DNA of 35,001 bases from Thermotogota bacterium (lineage in GTDB: Bacteria > Thermotogota > Thermotogae > Petrotogales > Kosmotogaceae): assembly GCA_034660555.1 (NCBI GenBank), contig JAYEJL010000172.1:1-35001 (forward strand). The letters are read 5' to 3'. Made by a program: the position numbers and the translations under genes. The notes beneath the pieces were generated by a model. That model had not been told where the DNA came from. It did not search any database and saw only the letters and a list, made by a program, of their open reading frames with translations. Positions 10,542 through 20,614 of the stretch are shown piece after piece; the stretch's first letter is position 1; each line of letters starts with the position of its first letter.

Positions 10542-11390
10542 ATGTCAATTTTGGAAAAACAGAAAGCCCTAAAAACCTATGTAGAAAACGTAAGAAAAGC
10601 ATCAAGATTCCTTAATGAAAGAATAAGTAATAGACCTGAAATCGCATTAATTCTTGGTACTGGTCTTGGCGAAGTTGCAGAAACAATAGATATTGAACAA
10701 ACATTTGAATATGATGAGATACCAGAATTTGCAAAGTCAACGGCACCAGGTCATAAAGGCGAATTGAAATTTGGTACTTATCATGGAAAAAATCTTGTTC
10801 TTTTAAATGGTCGATTTCACTATTATGAAGGCTACGATATGAAAAAGGTTACCTTCCCTATAAGAGTTATACAGGAGCTTGCGGTTGAAAAACTTATTGT
10901 TACGAACGCAGCAGGAAGTCTTAACCCAGACTTCGAGGTTGGTATCCCAATGATCATAACAGATCATATCAATTTCATGGGAGATAATCCTCTCATAGGA
11001 CCGAATTTCGAAGAATGGGGTCCAAGATTCCCTGATATGAGTGAACCCTATAATAAAGAATTAAGAGATCTTACACTTCATTGTACCAAAGAACTAGGAT
11101 TTAGTATTTATGAGGGAGTTTATGTTGGTGTAGCGGGTCCTAATTTTGAAACTCCAGCTGAACTTAGAATGCTACGTCATTTTGGTGCTGATGCTGTTGG
11201 AATGTCTACAGTACCTGAAGTTATCGCAGCAAGACATGCTGGGATAAAGGTTCTAGGTATTTCAGCTATATCGGATAGAGCTGTTGCAGATGATTTAGAG
11301 CCTCTGACTGCAGAAGAAGTAATAGAAGCCGCCAGAAAATGTGGTAGAACACTTTCATCTATAATTTTAAAACTAATATCAAAATTGTGA
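10542..11390 (+). CDS. punA: Purine nucleoside phosphorylase, trimeric PNP family
   Basis: LILGTGLG, GRFHYYEG, TNAAGSL, GPNFETPAE, AVGMSTVPE; SD AAGGAGG. Confidence 0.93.
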   Translation: MSILEKQKALKTYVENVRKASRFLNERISNRPEIALILGTGLGEVAETIDIEQTFEYDEIPEFAKSTAPGHKGELKFGTYHGKNLVLLNGRFHYYEGYDMKKVTFPIRVIQELAVEKLIVTNAAGSLNPDFEVGIPMIITDHINFMGDNPLIGPNFEEWGPRFPDMSEPYNKELRDLTLHCTKELGFSIYEGVYVGVAGPNFETPAELRMLRHFGADAVGMSTVPEVIAARHAGIKVLGISAISDRAVADDLEPLTAEEVIEAARKCGRTLSSIILKLISKL

Positions 11391-11436
11391 AATTTTGTTT
11401 GTCGTTTAATTAATTCAGCATAAACCTATACCAAAT

Positions 11437-11469
11437 AAAAAAGTCAGGTCGAAAGCGATCTGATTTTTT
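11437..11469 (+). terminator. Intrinsic terminator between convergent punA and pyk, possibly bidirectional
   Basis: AAAAAAGTCAGGTCG-AAAG-CGATCTGATTTTTT. Confidence 0.75.
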
Positions 11470-11513
11470 CACATGTTTATCATAACAACGATACTATTTT
11501 AAAGAGTGGATTT

Positions 11514-12932
11514 CTATGCCTTTTCAAGTTTCAAAATATTGGTTGTATTGGTTACTCCTAGCGGTACCCCAGCAGTGATTATAAATGTATCATCTTTCTC
11601 AAGCAAATCAAGTTCTCGAGCTTTTCTCCCTGCCTTCTCAACCATTTCATCAATGCTTTTACCAAATGTTAAATGTAAAGGTATCACTCCCCAGACCAGA
11701 GCAAGCTGAAAATAAGTTTTTTTGTTTGGAGTGACAGCCAGTATATGAGAAGAAGGTCTAAAACCTGAAACATTTCTCGCCGTGTGACCCGAATATGTTG
11801 AGGAAACAATTAACTTAATTTTAAGATTCTCACTGATACCCCAGGCAGCCCTGCATATGGCATCTGTATGATCATCAGTAATAACGTGTGTGCGTGTCCA
11901 TTGTGTAAGTGATTGATTTTTTGCGAGATACTTTTCTGTATATGTTGAAGTTGAGTTCATAACCTTTACAGCTTCAAGCGGATAATTACCTATTGAAGTT
12001 TCTGCAGATAACATAATGGCATCCGTCCCGTCAATAATTGCATTTGAAATATCTGTGGCTTCAGCACGGGTAGGTGTCGAATTTTCCACCATTGATTCTA
12101 ACATCTGCGTTGCCGTAATAACGGGAATTCTGTAATGGTTGCCCTGCTTGATAATTCGCTTTTGCTCAACAGGTACTCTCTCAACTGGAATCTCAACTCC
12201 CAAATCTCCTCTGGCAACCATTAATCCATCAGAAACCTCAGCAATTTTATCTATGTACTTCAAAGCTTGTGCAGTCTCTATTTTGGATATTACTGGAATA
12301 TTTCCCCCTGCATCTTCGATTTCTTTTTTTGCCTTTAATACGTCATCAGGTTTTCTGACAAAGGACAGTGCAAAATAATCAACATCTTCCTTAATACCAA
12401 GCTTTATAAATTCTCTATCTTTCTCCGTTATTGCTGAGATTCCGGTATCAACACCCGGGACATTTATCCCTCTTCTATTCTTTATGTTTCCACCATTAAG
12501 TATCCTTGTGTAAACGTTTTTTTCGTCCGTCTTATTAACTTTAAGTTTTATCTTTCCATCATCAACCAGTATAATTGTTCCCTTATCCAATTCTTTAGGA
12601 AGATCCTTATAGTTAACACTTACTTTGTTTTCATCTCCTTCAACTAAATCAGTGGTCAATATAAATTCTTTACCTTTAACAAGTTTCACTTCATCATTCT
12701 TAAAATTACCGGTTCTTAATTTTGGACCAGCAAGATCTACAAGAATTGTTATAGGCTTTTTTAATTCATCCCTAACCTGCTTTATCGTTCTTATATTTTT
12801 ACTATGACCTTCAATATCATCATGTGAAGTATTTAATCTTGCAACATTCATGCCTTCTTTAATCAAACTTTTTAGCATTTCCTTCGATCTTGTAGATGGT
12901 CCAATGGTACAAACGATTTTTGTCTTTCTCAA
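11514..12932 (-). CDS. pyk: Pyruvate kinase
   Basis: RKTKIVCTIGP, ARLNTSH, MVARGDLGVE, TATQMLESM, PTRAE; start set at TTG 12932 behind SD GGAGTGA. Confidence 0.97.
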   Translation of the reverse strand: MRKTKIVCTIGPSTRSKEMLKSLIKEGMNVARLNTSHDDIEGHSKNIRTIKQVRDELKKPITILVDLAGPKLRTGNFKNDEVKLVKGKEFILTTDLVEGDENKVSVNYKDLPKELDKGTIILVDDGKIKLKVNKTDEKNVYTRILNGGNIKNRRGINVPGVDTGISAITEKDREFIKLGIKEDVDYFALSFVRKPDDVLKAKKEIEDAGGNIPVISKIETAQALKYIDKIAEVSDGLMVARGDLGVEIPVERVPVEQKRIIKQGNHYRIPVITATQMLESMVENSTPTRAEATDISNAIIDGTDAIMLSAETSIGNYPLEAVKVMNSTSTYTEKYLAKNQSLTQWTRTHVITDDHTDAICRAAWGISENLKIKLIVSSTYSGHTARNVSGFRPSSHILAVTPNKKTYFQLALVWGVIPLHLTFGKSIDEMVEKAGRKARELDLLEKDDTFIITAGVPLGVTNTTNILKLEKA

Positions 12933-12951
12933 ATAAATCACTCCATTCGTA

Positions 12952-13914
12952 CTAAGAAAGAATGTTTACAATTTTTATTAGTTTCGTATCAAGTTTCTTT
13001 TTCTCTGAAAGAACCTTCTCAAGTGGCATATTTGTTATCTTACTGGATTGCAAAGCCACCATTTCTTTGGAAGCTCCTTCTTTCAAAAATTCCACTGCAT
13101 AATAACCCATCCTTGAAGCAAGCATTCTATCGAACGCAGTGGGAGAACCTCCGCGCTGTACGTGCCCCAGAATGGTTATACGGGTTTCATAACCGATCCT
13201 ATGTTCCATATGTCTCGCAACAGTATAAGCACTCGCTGCGCCCTCAGCAACTACAATTATACAGTTTACCTTTCCACGTTTTCGTTCATTCCATATTCTT
13301 TCAGCCAGTGCTTCATAATCAACAGGCTTTTCTGGAATAATAACTGCTTCTGCACCAGTAGCTAAACCGGCAGTAAGTGCCACATAACCAGATTCTCTAC
13401 CCATAACTTCAACAATAAACGCTCGTTCATGAGAACTCGCAGTGTCTTTCAACTTTTGAATGTTATCTATTACTGTGTTTAAACAGGTATCTACACCTAT
13501 ACACATATCAGTTTGTGCAATATCGTTATCTATCGTTCCCGGTATACCAATTACTGGAATATTACCTTCGTTGGAAAGCAACATGGCACCGGTTAATGTA
13601 CCTTCTCCGCCAATTACTACAAGGCCATCGATTCTATTCTTTTCAAGCACTTTTATTGCTTTTGCTCTTCCTTCTTCCATCTTGAACTCTTCACATCGTG
13701 AGCTTCTTAATATTGTTCCACCTCGCTCCATTATCCCGCCAACAGTATCGTAATTTAAAGTGATTATTTCCTCATCAAGTAAACCAGCATAACCTCTTTT
13801 TATTCCCAACACTTCCATTCCTTCGGTAACTGCTGTTCTAACAACAGCTCTCAAAGCAGCATTCATACCTGGTGAATCACCGCCACTGGTAAGTATGCCA
13901 AGTCTATTTATCAC
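12952..13914 (-). CDS. pfkA: ATP-dependent 6-phosphofructokinase
   Basis: [35 protein letters not shown]. Confidence 0.97.
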   Translation of the reverse strand: MINRLGILTSGGDSPGMNAALRAVVRTAVTEGMEVLGIKRGYAGLLDEEIITLNYDTVGGIMERGGTILRSSRCEEFKMEEGRAKAIKVLEKNRIDGLVVIGGEGTLTGAMLLSNEGNIPVIGIPGTIDNDIAQTDMCIGVDTCLNTVIDNIQKLKDTASSHERAFIVEVMGRESGYVALTAGLATGAEAVIIPEKPVDYEALAERIWNERKRGKVNCIIVVAEGAASAYTVARHMEHRIGYETRITILGHVQRGGSPTAFDRMLASRMGYYAVEFLKEGASKEMVALQSSKITNMPLEKVLSEKKKLDTKLIKIVNILS

Positions 13915-13959
13915 AATAATTACCCCCTCGAATCATTTCAAAAAGTGTATTCCTGCGAA

Positions 13960-13968
13960 ATTATATCA
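13960..13968 (-). promoter_or_regulatory. Extended -10 promoter for pfkA-pyk
   Basis: TGATATAAT on the minus strand about 45 nt upstream of the pfkA start; no clear -35. Confidence 0.55.
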
Positions 13969-14031
13969 CAATAATGGCCTGGAACTTCTCATATTCAATT
14001 GTACAAGCGATTAATCAACGCTCATTGCTAA

Positions 14032-14040
14032 TGCTATAAT
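14032..14040 (+). promoter_or_regulatory. Extended -10 promoter for the small ORF-gcv operon
   Basis: TGCTATAAT ending 19 nt before the GTG at 14060. Confidence 0.6.
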
Positions 14041-14059
14041 CGTAACAGGGGATGGAAGA

Positions 14060-14293
14060 GTGAAAAAACTAAAGGAAGCTGTCTATTATCACCAGGCTAA
14101 AATGTTTAAAGAAATCCTTGAAAATGAAGGCATAAAAGTAGACCTGAAATCCACAGAAATGGCATATATGGATAATGTATATTTTGGTGCTGGTGGAATG
14201 GTTGATATATATGTGGACGAAGAACATCTTGAAGAAGCCAAAACCATAATTGAAGATTTGAAAAGGAGTGAGAATAATAATGACAAAGAGTAA
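14060..14293 (+). CDS. Small DUF2007-like putative signal-transducing protein
   Basis: 77 aa with pattern AxMFKEILENEGI...FGAGGMVDIYVDEEHLEEAKTII; SD AGGGG; overlaps the gcvT start. Confidence 0.75.
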   Translation: MKKLKEAVYYHQAKMFKEILENEGIKVDLKSTEMAYMDNVYFGAGGMVDIYVDEEHLEEAKTIIEDLKRSENNNDKE

Positions 14294-15380
14294 AAAAACT
14301 CCGTTATATGGAGAGCACCTAAGAAATGGGGCTAAAATGGTTGATTTTGCAGGTTGGGAAATGCCCATACAGTATAGTTCCATAATAAAGGAACATAGGC
14401 AGGTAAGAGAGTTCGCCGGTTTGTTTGATGTATCTCATATGGGTGAAATTGAAATTGTTGGTCCTGACGCTATCGACTTTGCTGATTATCTTGTAACAAA
14501 TTATGTGAGTAAACTAAAAAATGGCCAAATTTGCTACACACCTATGTGCAACAAAAAAGGTGGAATTATCGATGATTTTCTTGTATATAGAATGGCAAAT
14601 AATAAGGCTCTTTTTGTAGTAAATGCTTCAAATACAGATAAAGACTTCAAGTGGATAAAGAATCAAAAGGACAAATTTGATGTAAAGATTAACAATAAAT
14701 CTGATGAAATGGCACAGCTAGCCCTTCAAGGGCCGAAGGCACAGGAATTACTAAGCATGATTTCTCAGATAGACCTTGAAACAGTCGATTTCTATCATTT
14801 CACACAGGGCAGAGTAAGTGGTATTGAAACGTTGTTGTCAAGAACCGGATATACCGGTGAAGACGGATTTGAATTATATGTGGACAGGGAAGCATCAATA
14901 CCATTATGGAGAAAAATTTTAGAAATCGGTAATGAAAAGGAAATTTTACCTGCCGGACTTGGTGCTAGAGACACACTTAGATTTGAAGCTACCTATATGT
15001 TGTATGGTAATGACCTGAATGAAACTATTACACCACTTGAAGCACCTTTGAAATGGACCGTCAAATTTGAAAAGGACTTCATTGGGAAAAAGGCACTTTT
15101 GGAACAGAAAGAAAAGGGAATAACACGTAAATTAAGAGGATTGGAGATAAAGGATAAGGCAATACCAAGGCACGAACATAAGGTCTATCTCAATAACAAA
15201 GAAATTGGTTGGATAAGCAGTGGAATGTTTGCACCTACTCTTAAAAAAAGTTTAGCCCTTGCTTACATCGATAAAGGTACAGCAAAAACTGGTACAAATG
15301 TTGAAGTTGAGATAAGAAAGAAGAAAGTAGAAGCTGAAATAGTGAAGTTACCTTTTTATAGAGGTTCAGTAAAAAATTGA
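14280..15380 (+). CDS. gcvT: Glycine cleavage system aminomethyltransferase T
   Basis: KTPLY, FAGWEMPIQY, FDVSHMGE, SRTGYTGEDGFE, GLGARDTLR; start set at ATG 14280 behind SD AGGAGTGA. Confidence 0.97.
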   Translation: MTKSKKTPLYGEHLRNGAKMVDFAGWEMPIQYSSIIKEHRQVREFAGLFDVSHMGEIEIVGPDAIDFADYLVTNYVSKLKNGQICYTPMCNKKGGIIDDFLVYRMANNKALFVVNASNTDKDFKWIKNQKDKFDVKINNKSDEMAQLALQGPKAQELLSMISQIDLETVDFYHFTQGRVSGIETLLSRTGYTGEDGFELYVDREASIPLWRKILEIGNEKEILPAGLGARDTLRFEATYMLYGNDLNETITPLEAPLKWTVKFEKDFIGKKALLEQKEKGITRKLRGLEIKDKAIPRHEHKVYLNNKEIGWISSGMFAPTLKKSLALAYIDKGTAKTGTNVEVEIRKKKVEAEIVKLPFYRGSVKN

Positions 15381-15399
15381 ATAAAGGGAGGCTAATACG

Positions 15400-15771
15400 A
15401 TGATTAAGTACAGCAAATCACATGAATGGGTAAAAAAAGAAGGAGAAATTGGGGTAATAGGTATAACCGATTATGCCCAGGATCAATTGGGTGACATTGT
15501 TTATGTTGAACTCCCAGAAGCTGGTAATGAAATTAACAAAGGTGAAATGCTTTGTACTGTTGAATCGGTAAAAGCTGCCAGTGATATTTATTCTCCAGTC
15601 ACCTGTGAAATCACAGAAGTAAATGAAGATCTTGAAGATTCACCAGAAATTATTAACGAAGATGCAGAAGGAAAAGGCTGGATTTGCAAAGTAAAGCTTT
15701 CAGACGAATCTGAACTTGATAAACTAATGAACAAGGAGGAATATGACGAGTTCTACGAAAAGGAGGGCTAA
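15400..15771 (+). CDS. gcvH: Glycine cleavage system H protein
   Basis: HEWV, GITDYAQDQLGDIVYVELP, lipoyl motif VESVKAAS. Confidence 0.97.
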   Translation: MIKYSKSHEWVKKEGEIGVIGITDYAQDQLGDIVYVELPEAGNEINKGEMLCTVESVKAASDIYSPVTCEITEVNEDLEDSPEIINEDAEGKGWICKVKLSDESELDKLMNKEEYDEFYEKEG

Positions 15772-15772
15772 A

Positions 15773-17125
15773 ATGAGTAACAACCCTTATATACCGCATT
15801 CCAAAAAAGAAATAAAGGAGATGCTGACCGAGATTGGAGTAAATAGCATTGATGAACTATATAATGATGTACCCAATCGGCTTGACAGCGATCTTGATAT
15901 ACCTGAAGCTTCTGATGAGTTTTCTCTTAGGAGAAAATTGAAACATCTATCAGAGTTGAACTCATCTCTCGATGATTATGCTGTTTTCAGAGGAGCTGGT
16001 GTTTATAAACACTTGATACCTGCTGCAGTAAACTCACTTGCTTCAAGAGGAGAATTTTTAACCGCTTATACGCCATATCAGGCTGAAGTTTCCCAGGGTA
16101 CATTACAAATGCTTTTCGAATTCCAAACCATGATCACTGAGCTAACTGGTATGGATATCGCTAATTCTTCAATGTATGACGGAGCATCAGCTACAGCAGA
16201 AGCAGCATTAATGGCCGCCAGGATAACAAAAAAAGAAGATGTTCTCGTTGCATCATCACTTCATCCTGAGTACATTGAAGTTTTAAAAACCTACTGCTTT
16301 GGAGCAGATTTAAATGTTATACCAGTAAAATATTCAGCTGATTCAGGTAATTTGGATTTTGAAGATCTAAAAGAAAAAATATCAGAAAATACAGCAACAC
16401 TTATTCTAGGATATCCAAATTTCTTTGGTATTGTAGAACACCTGGTCAAAATAAAAGAACTATTACCAAAAAAGGTTCTACTTATCGCTGTGATTAATCC
16501 AATTGCGTTAGGCTTACTTGAAGCACCTGGAAAACTCGGCGCTGATATTGTTGTTGGTGAAGGACAACCACTAGGAAATCCAATGAATCTTGGTGGACCA
16601 GGTCTTGGTTTATTTGCAACAAGAGAAAAATATATAAGAAAAACTCCAGGAAGACTGATTGGGCAAACAAAGGATCTGGATGGTAAAACGGGTTATGCAA
16701 TGATTCTTCAAACACGGGAACAGCATATAAGAAGGGAAAAGGCTACTTCCAACATTTGCTCCAATCATTCCTTTAATGCATTGCTTGCAAGTATTTATAT
16801 GAGCCTTATGGGAAAAAATGGAATTAAAGAAATTGCAACGCGGTGTTTGAAAAAATCCCATTACTTGTACGAAAAATTATTAAAAATTGAGGGTATATCT
16901 CCCGTTTTCGATGGTCCTTTCTTTCATGAGTTTGTTCTGAGAATAAATAAAGATAAAACAATTGAAGAAATAAATGAAAAAATGCTGGAAGAGAAAATTC
17001 TTGGGCCACTATCTCTTGAGAGATTTTTCCCAAATATGGAAAATTGCGCTTTGTTCTGTACGACTGAAGCAGTTAACAATGATGACATAACATTTCTTGC
17101 TGGAAAACTGGAGGAGATACTATGA
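15773..17125 (+). CDS. gcvPA: Glycine dehydrogenase (decarboxylating) subunit 1
   Basis: [41 protein letters not shown]; start set at ATG 15773 behind SD AGGAGG. Confidence 0.96.
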   Translation: MSNNPYIPHSKKEIKEMLTEIGVNSIDELYNDVPNRLDSDLDIPEASDEFSLRRKLKHLSELNSSLDDYAVFRGAGVYKHLIPAAVNSLASRGEFLTAYTPYQAEVSQGTLQMLFEFQTMITELTGMDIANSSMYDGASATAEAALMAARITKKEDVLVASSLHPEYIEVLKTYCFGADLNVIPVKYSADSGNLDFEDLKEKISENTATLILGYPNFFGIVEHLVKIKELLPKKVLLIAVINPIALGLLEAPGKLGADIVVGEGQPLGNPMNLGGPGLGLFATREKYIRKTPGRLIGQTKDLDGKTGYAMILQTREQHIRREKATSNICSNHSFNALLASIYMSLMGKNGIKEIATRCLKKSHYLYEKLLKIEGISPVFDGPFFHEFVLRINKDKTIEEINEKMLEEKILGPLSLERFFPNMENCALFCTTEAVNNDDITFLAGKLEEIL

Positions 17126-18576
17126 CAATCTTTGAAAAATCTAGAAAAAATCGAACAGGATACAGTCTTCCAGATGAAGATTCACTTGAAGTACAAATCG
17201 AAAAAGCAATCCCTGAAGAGTTACTTAGAAGTAAAGACCCTTCTCTTCCAGAATCAAGCGAAACAGAAGTTGTGAGACATTACAATAATCTTTCAAAAAA
17301 GAATTTTTCAGTTGATTCCGGATTTTATCCCCTCGGATCATGTACCATGAAATATAATCCAAGAATAAATGAAAGTATTGCCTCTTTACCCGGTTTCACA
17401 GAGCTACATCCTTATCAACCTGAAAAAACATTCAAAGGTGCTCTTGAATTAATGTATGACCTCAAAAAATTGCTCAGTGAAATCACAGGAATGAAGTCTT
17501 TTACTTTACAGCCTGCTGCTGGTGCTCATGGCGAGCTCACAGGAATGCTAATCATTAAGAAATATTTCAGAAGCAAAGGTGAAAAAAGAAATAAGGTAAT
17601 AATTCCTGACTCTGCACACGGAACAAATCCTGCTTCTGCAAAAATGGTTGGATTTGACGTAGTAGAAATAAAATCAAATGATAATGGTATCGTAGATCTT
17701 GAAGATCTTAAAAAGCAGATAGATGAAGATGTTGCTGGAATTATGCTCACAAACCCAAATACACTTGGACTATTTGAAAAAGATATATGTAAAATTACTG
17801 AAATCGCCCACGAAAAGGGTGCATTGATGTATTATGATGGTGCCAATCTTAACGCTATTATGGGAAAGGTTAAACCAGGTGACATGGGTTTTGATATAAT
17901 TCACTTAAATTTGCATAAAACCTTTTCTACTCCACATGGTATGGGCGGACCCGGAAGTGGTCCGGTTGGAGTTGCTGAATTCCTAAAGGATTATCTTCCT
18001 GTTCCGATAGTTGATTTAGACAATGAGAAAGGCTATTACTTAAAATGGAATCTCAATAACTCGATAGGCAGGGTAAGAAGCTTTTTTGGTAACTTCAATG
18101 TTCTTGTGAAGGCGTATTCTTACATACTGATGATGGGAAAGGACGGCTTAAGATTAGCAAGTGAAATGGCAGTGCTAAATGCAAATTATCTCAGAAAAAA
18201 ACTGTCCACTATGATACCTACAGCATTTCCAGGTATATGCAAGCATGAAGCTGTTTTTGATGGATCAGTACTTGTTGATGATTACAACGTTAAAACCATT
18301 GACCTTGCAAAGAAATTGCTCGATTATAATGTACATCCCCCAACAATATATTTCCCTTTAATAGTTAACGAAGCATTGATGATAGAACCATCTGAAACTG
18401 AAAGCAAAGAAAATATCGATAATTATATCAGTATAATCAAGGAAATCCTAGTCGAAGCAAGAAATGATCCCGAAAAACTTAAGAAGGCACCTTATACTAC
18501 TCCCGTAAGAAGATTAGATGAAGTAACGGCTTCGAGATCACCCGTGGTTAGCTATAGACAGGAAACAGAGGGTTGA
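17122..18576 (+). CDS. gcvPB: Glycine dehydrogenase (decarboxylating) subunit 2
   Basis: [23 protein letters not shown] lysine motif [22 protein letters not shown] overlap with gcvPA. Confidence 0.97.
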   Translation: MTIFEKSRKNRTGYSLPDEDSLEVQIEKAIPEELLRSKDPSLPESSETEVVRHYNNLSKKNFSVDSGFYPLGSCTMKYNPRINESIASLPGFTELHPYQPEKTFKGALELMYDLKKLLSEITGMKSFTLQPAAGAHGELTGMLIIKKYFRSKGEKRNKVIIPDSAHGTNPASAKMVGFDVVEIKSNDNGIVDLEDLKKQIDEDVAGIMLTNPNTLGLFEKDICKITEIAHEKGALMYYDGANLNAIMGKVKPGDMGFDIIHLNLHKTFSTPHGMGGPGSGPVGVAEFLKDYLPVPIVDLDNEKGYYLKWNLNNSIGRVRSFFGNFNVLVKAYSYILMMGKDGLRLASEMAVLNANYLRKKLSTMIPTAFPGICKHEAVFDGSVLVDDYNVKTIDLAKKLLDYNVHPPTIYFPLIVNEALMIEPSETESKENIDNYISIIKEILVEARNDPEKLKKAPYTTPVRRLDEVTASRSPVVSYRQETEG

Positions 18577-18601
18577 AAGATGTAATTTGCTATGATATGA
18601 T
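18573..18601 (+). promoter_or_regulatory. tRNA-Thr promoter
   Basis: TTGAAA (18573-18578, overlapping the gcvPB stop), 17 nt, TATGAT (18596-18601) with TG extension. Confidence 0.75.
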
Positions 18602-18613
18602 TTTCATGATTGA

Positions 18614-18689
18614 GCAGGCGTAGCTTCAAAGGTAGAGCGCCGCCTTGGTAAGGCTGAGGTTGTGAGTTCGAATCTCATCGCCTGCTCCA
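18614..18689 (+). tRNA. tRNA-Thr(GGT)
   Basis: Acceptor GCAGGCG/CGCCTGC, anticodon loop TTGGTAA, T loop TTCGAAT, encoded CCA, 76 nt. Confidence 0.95.
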
Positions 18690-18690
18690 G

Positions 18691-18714
18691 GGAGCCGATA
18701 AGGCTCCTTTTTTT
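18691..18714 (+). terminator. Intrinsic terminator after tRNA-Thr
   Basis: GGAGCC-GATAA-GGCTCC followed by T7. Confidence 0.88.
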
Positions 18715-18753
18715 GTTTATTTTAAGATTGCTTTCAGAATTTAGTTAAATCTG

Positions 18754-18762
18754 TGTTAAAAT
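18754..18762 (+). promoter_or_regulatory. Extended -10 promoter for the PAS gene pair
   Basis: TGTTAAAAT downstream of the tRNA terminator; SD AGGGAGG at 18804-18810. Confidence 0.45.
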
Positions 18763-18817
18763 GCTTACAAGGCTAATCACTGTTAATTAAATTCCTCTAT
18801 TTAAGGGAGGAATAATT

Positions 18818-20614
18818 TTGCATAAGGATTCTTCCAAACAAAGGGTCATTGTTGTTGCAAGAACAAATAAAGACGCTAAAAGGCTGATAGAAGCTCTTCA
18901 TGATTTTTATGAAGTGAGATACACAGAACATGTAGAAAAAGAACACTGGCTATTCTCTGACCTTTTAATCTTTGATTATTTTGATGAAAATATAGTTCAA
19001 AAATCAAAAGAAAGTGATGTACCATACATATTTCTTGCTTCTGACATGGAAGAAGTACAGAAGTATTGTCTTGCCGAAGATGAATACATACTAAAAGGAC
19101 CAGGATATCTTAATTACCTGAACAATATTGTCAATCTAATCGTTGAAAAACAACAGCTGGAAAGAATTCTGGGATTTGAAAAGGAAAAATATCTCAGCCT
19201 TGTAAATAGTATGGGTTGTGGGATGCTGGTCCTGCGTAAAAATGATGGATTAATACTTTTTGCCAATAAAGTCGCAAAGGAAGTACTGGGATATCAGGGT
19301 GATGGACTAATTCACATGAAACTGTCTGATTTTGTTGTTTCAGAAGAGGATACTGCATTAATACTTAGTTCTGAACCAAAAACAAACCTGGAATGCAAGC
19401 TTCAAACTCATCTTGGTGATAAACGTGATGTAAGATACAGTTCTTCTGAAACGATTTATGGAGCAGAAAGAGTCATTCAATTCACCTTTATGGACATTAC
19501 ATTGCAAAAACGAAATATGAAAGAGATTATGCTACAATGGCGTTTCCTGGACAATGCTGAAGAAATCGCATATGCTACTGATGAAAACGGTACAATTATA
19601 TATTTGAATAGTTATGCAGCTGATAAACATGCTTATAGAATGGAAGAAATGATTGGTACTAAGGAAAAGAATTACCTTTCTGATTCAGAACAAGAAATAA
19701 GTATCGCTGAAAAGTTAGATAATAAAGGAAGATGGGAAGGAAAAGAAGAACATATAAAGAATGATAAAACAACATTTATTGTGGATACTAAAAAAAGCTT
19801 ATTATACACTGATGAAGGAACATATATCCTGACCATCGGGAGAGATGTTACAGAGGAACTGGAATTAAGAAGAAAACTTAAGTTTCACTCTTTATTTCTT
19901 CAGAACATTTCAGAAATAATTATTGTAATTAATGAAAAAAATGAAATATTGTATCTAAATGAAATAGCAATGAGATTTTTCAGAATCAAAAATGAAGAGA
20001 TTTCTTCAATAAATAATAAAGAAAATCCAATGCTGGCAAGTTTTCTGGACACATTCTTTGAAAAGCTTAAATTAATGCAGAATAGAGGAACAATTGATAT
20101 TTATGAAAAAGGTGATACGAAAATAACGCTCGAATACTCCTATCAACAGGTTTTGGAAGATGAGAGCAATGAATTTTTAGGTTATATAGTGACTGCAAAG
20201 GATATGACTGAATTCTACAATACGCTCGAAAGAGTAAAAAAAAGAGCAGTTTTGCTGGATCATTTACATGATTTAGTTATCGCTTCAGACATGAAAGGTT
20301 GTATATTGTACGTGAACAATTCCTGGTTGAAAGAACATGGCTACGAAAGCGTAGAAGAGGTTAGAGGCAAAAAGCTTTCTGATGGTATTGTAGATATCGA
20401 TGAAAAACTGAGAAATTCAATAAATGAATACCTTGCTAATAAAGGTATTTGGCAGGGAAAAATGTTAAATTATACTAAAGAGGGAAACTCATTTACAGTT
20501 AAAATGACTATTGTACGTCTTAAAGACGAAGATGGATACTTAATTGGAGATGTGGGGATTATTCCAAGTAAAGAAGTTGGAAAAAGGGCAGGCGAAATTT
20601 ATGAAAGCCAGTGA
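18818..20614 (+). CDS. Multi-PAS sensor protein: degenerate N-terminal receiver-like domain plus four PAS/PAC domains, no output domain
   Basis: Four PAS starts (DGLILFANKVAKEVLGY, DENGTIIYLN, NEKNEILYLN, DMKGCILYVN) with DIT/DVT/DMT junctions; receiver-like DLLIFDY, PYIFLAS, YILKG; TTG start with strong SD. Confidence 0.85.
   Translation: MHKDSSKQRVIVVARTNKDAKRLIEALHDFYEVRYTEHVEKEHWLFSDLLIFDYFDENIVQKSKESDVPYIFLASDMEEVQKYCLAEDEYILKGPGYLNYLNNIVNLIVEKQQLERILGFEKEKYLSLVNSMGCGMLVLRKNDGLILFANKVAKEVLGYQGDGLIHMKLSDFVVSEEDTALILSSEPKTNLECKLQTHLGDKRDVRYSSSETIYGAERVIQFTFMDITLQKRNMKEIMLQWRFLDNAEEIAYATDENGTIIYLNSYAADKHAYRMEEMIGTKEKNYLSDSEQEISIAEKLDNKGRWEGKEEHIKNDKTTFIVDTKKSLLYTDEGTYILTIGRDVTEELELRRKLKFHSLFLQNISEIIIVINEKNEILYLNEIAMRFFRIKNEEISSINNKENPMLASFLDTFFEKLKLMQNRGTIDIYEKGDTKITLEYSYQQVLEDESNEFLGYIVTAKDMTEFYNTLERVKKRAVLLDHLHDLVIASDMKGCILYVNNSWLKEHGYESVEEVRGKKLSDGIVDIDEKLRNSINEYLANKGIWQGKMLNYTKEGNSFTVKMTIVRLKDEDGYLIGDVGIIPSKEVGKRAGEIYESQ

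Noticed and set aside
13570..13620. GGEGT instead of GGDGS in PfkA as a sign of PPi dependence or inactivity
   Set aside because: The Gly residues diagnostic of ATP use (GGxG and PGTIDND) are retained
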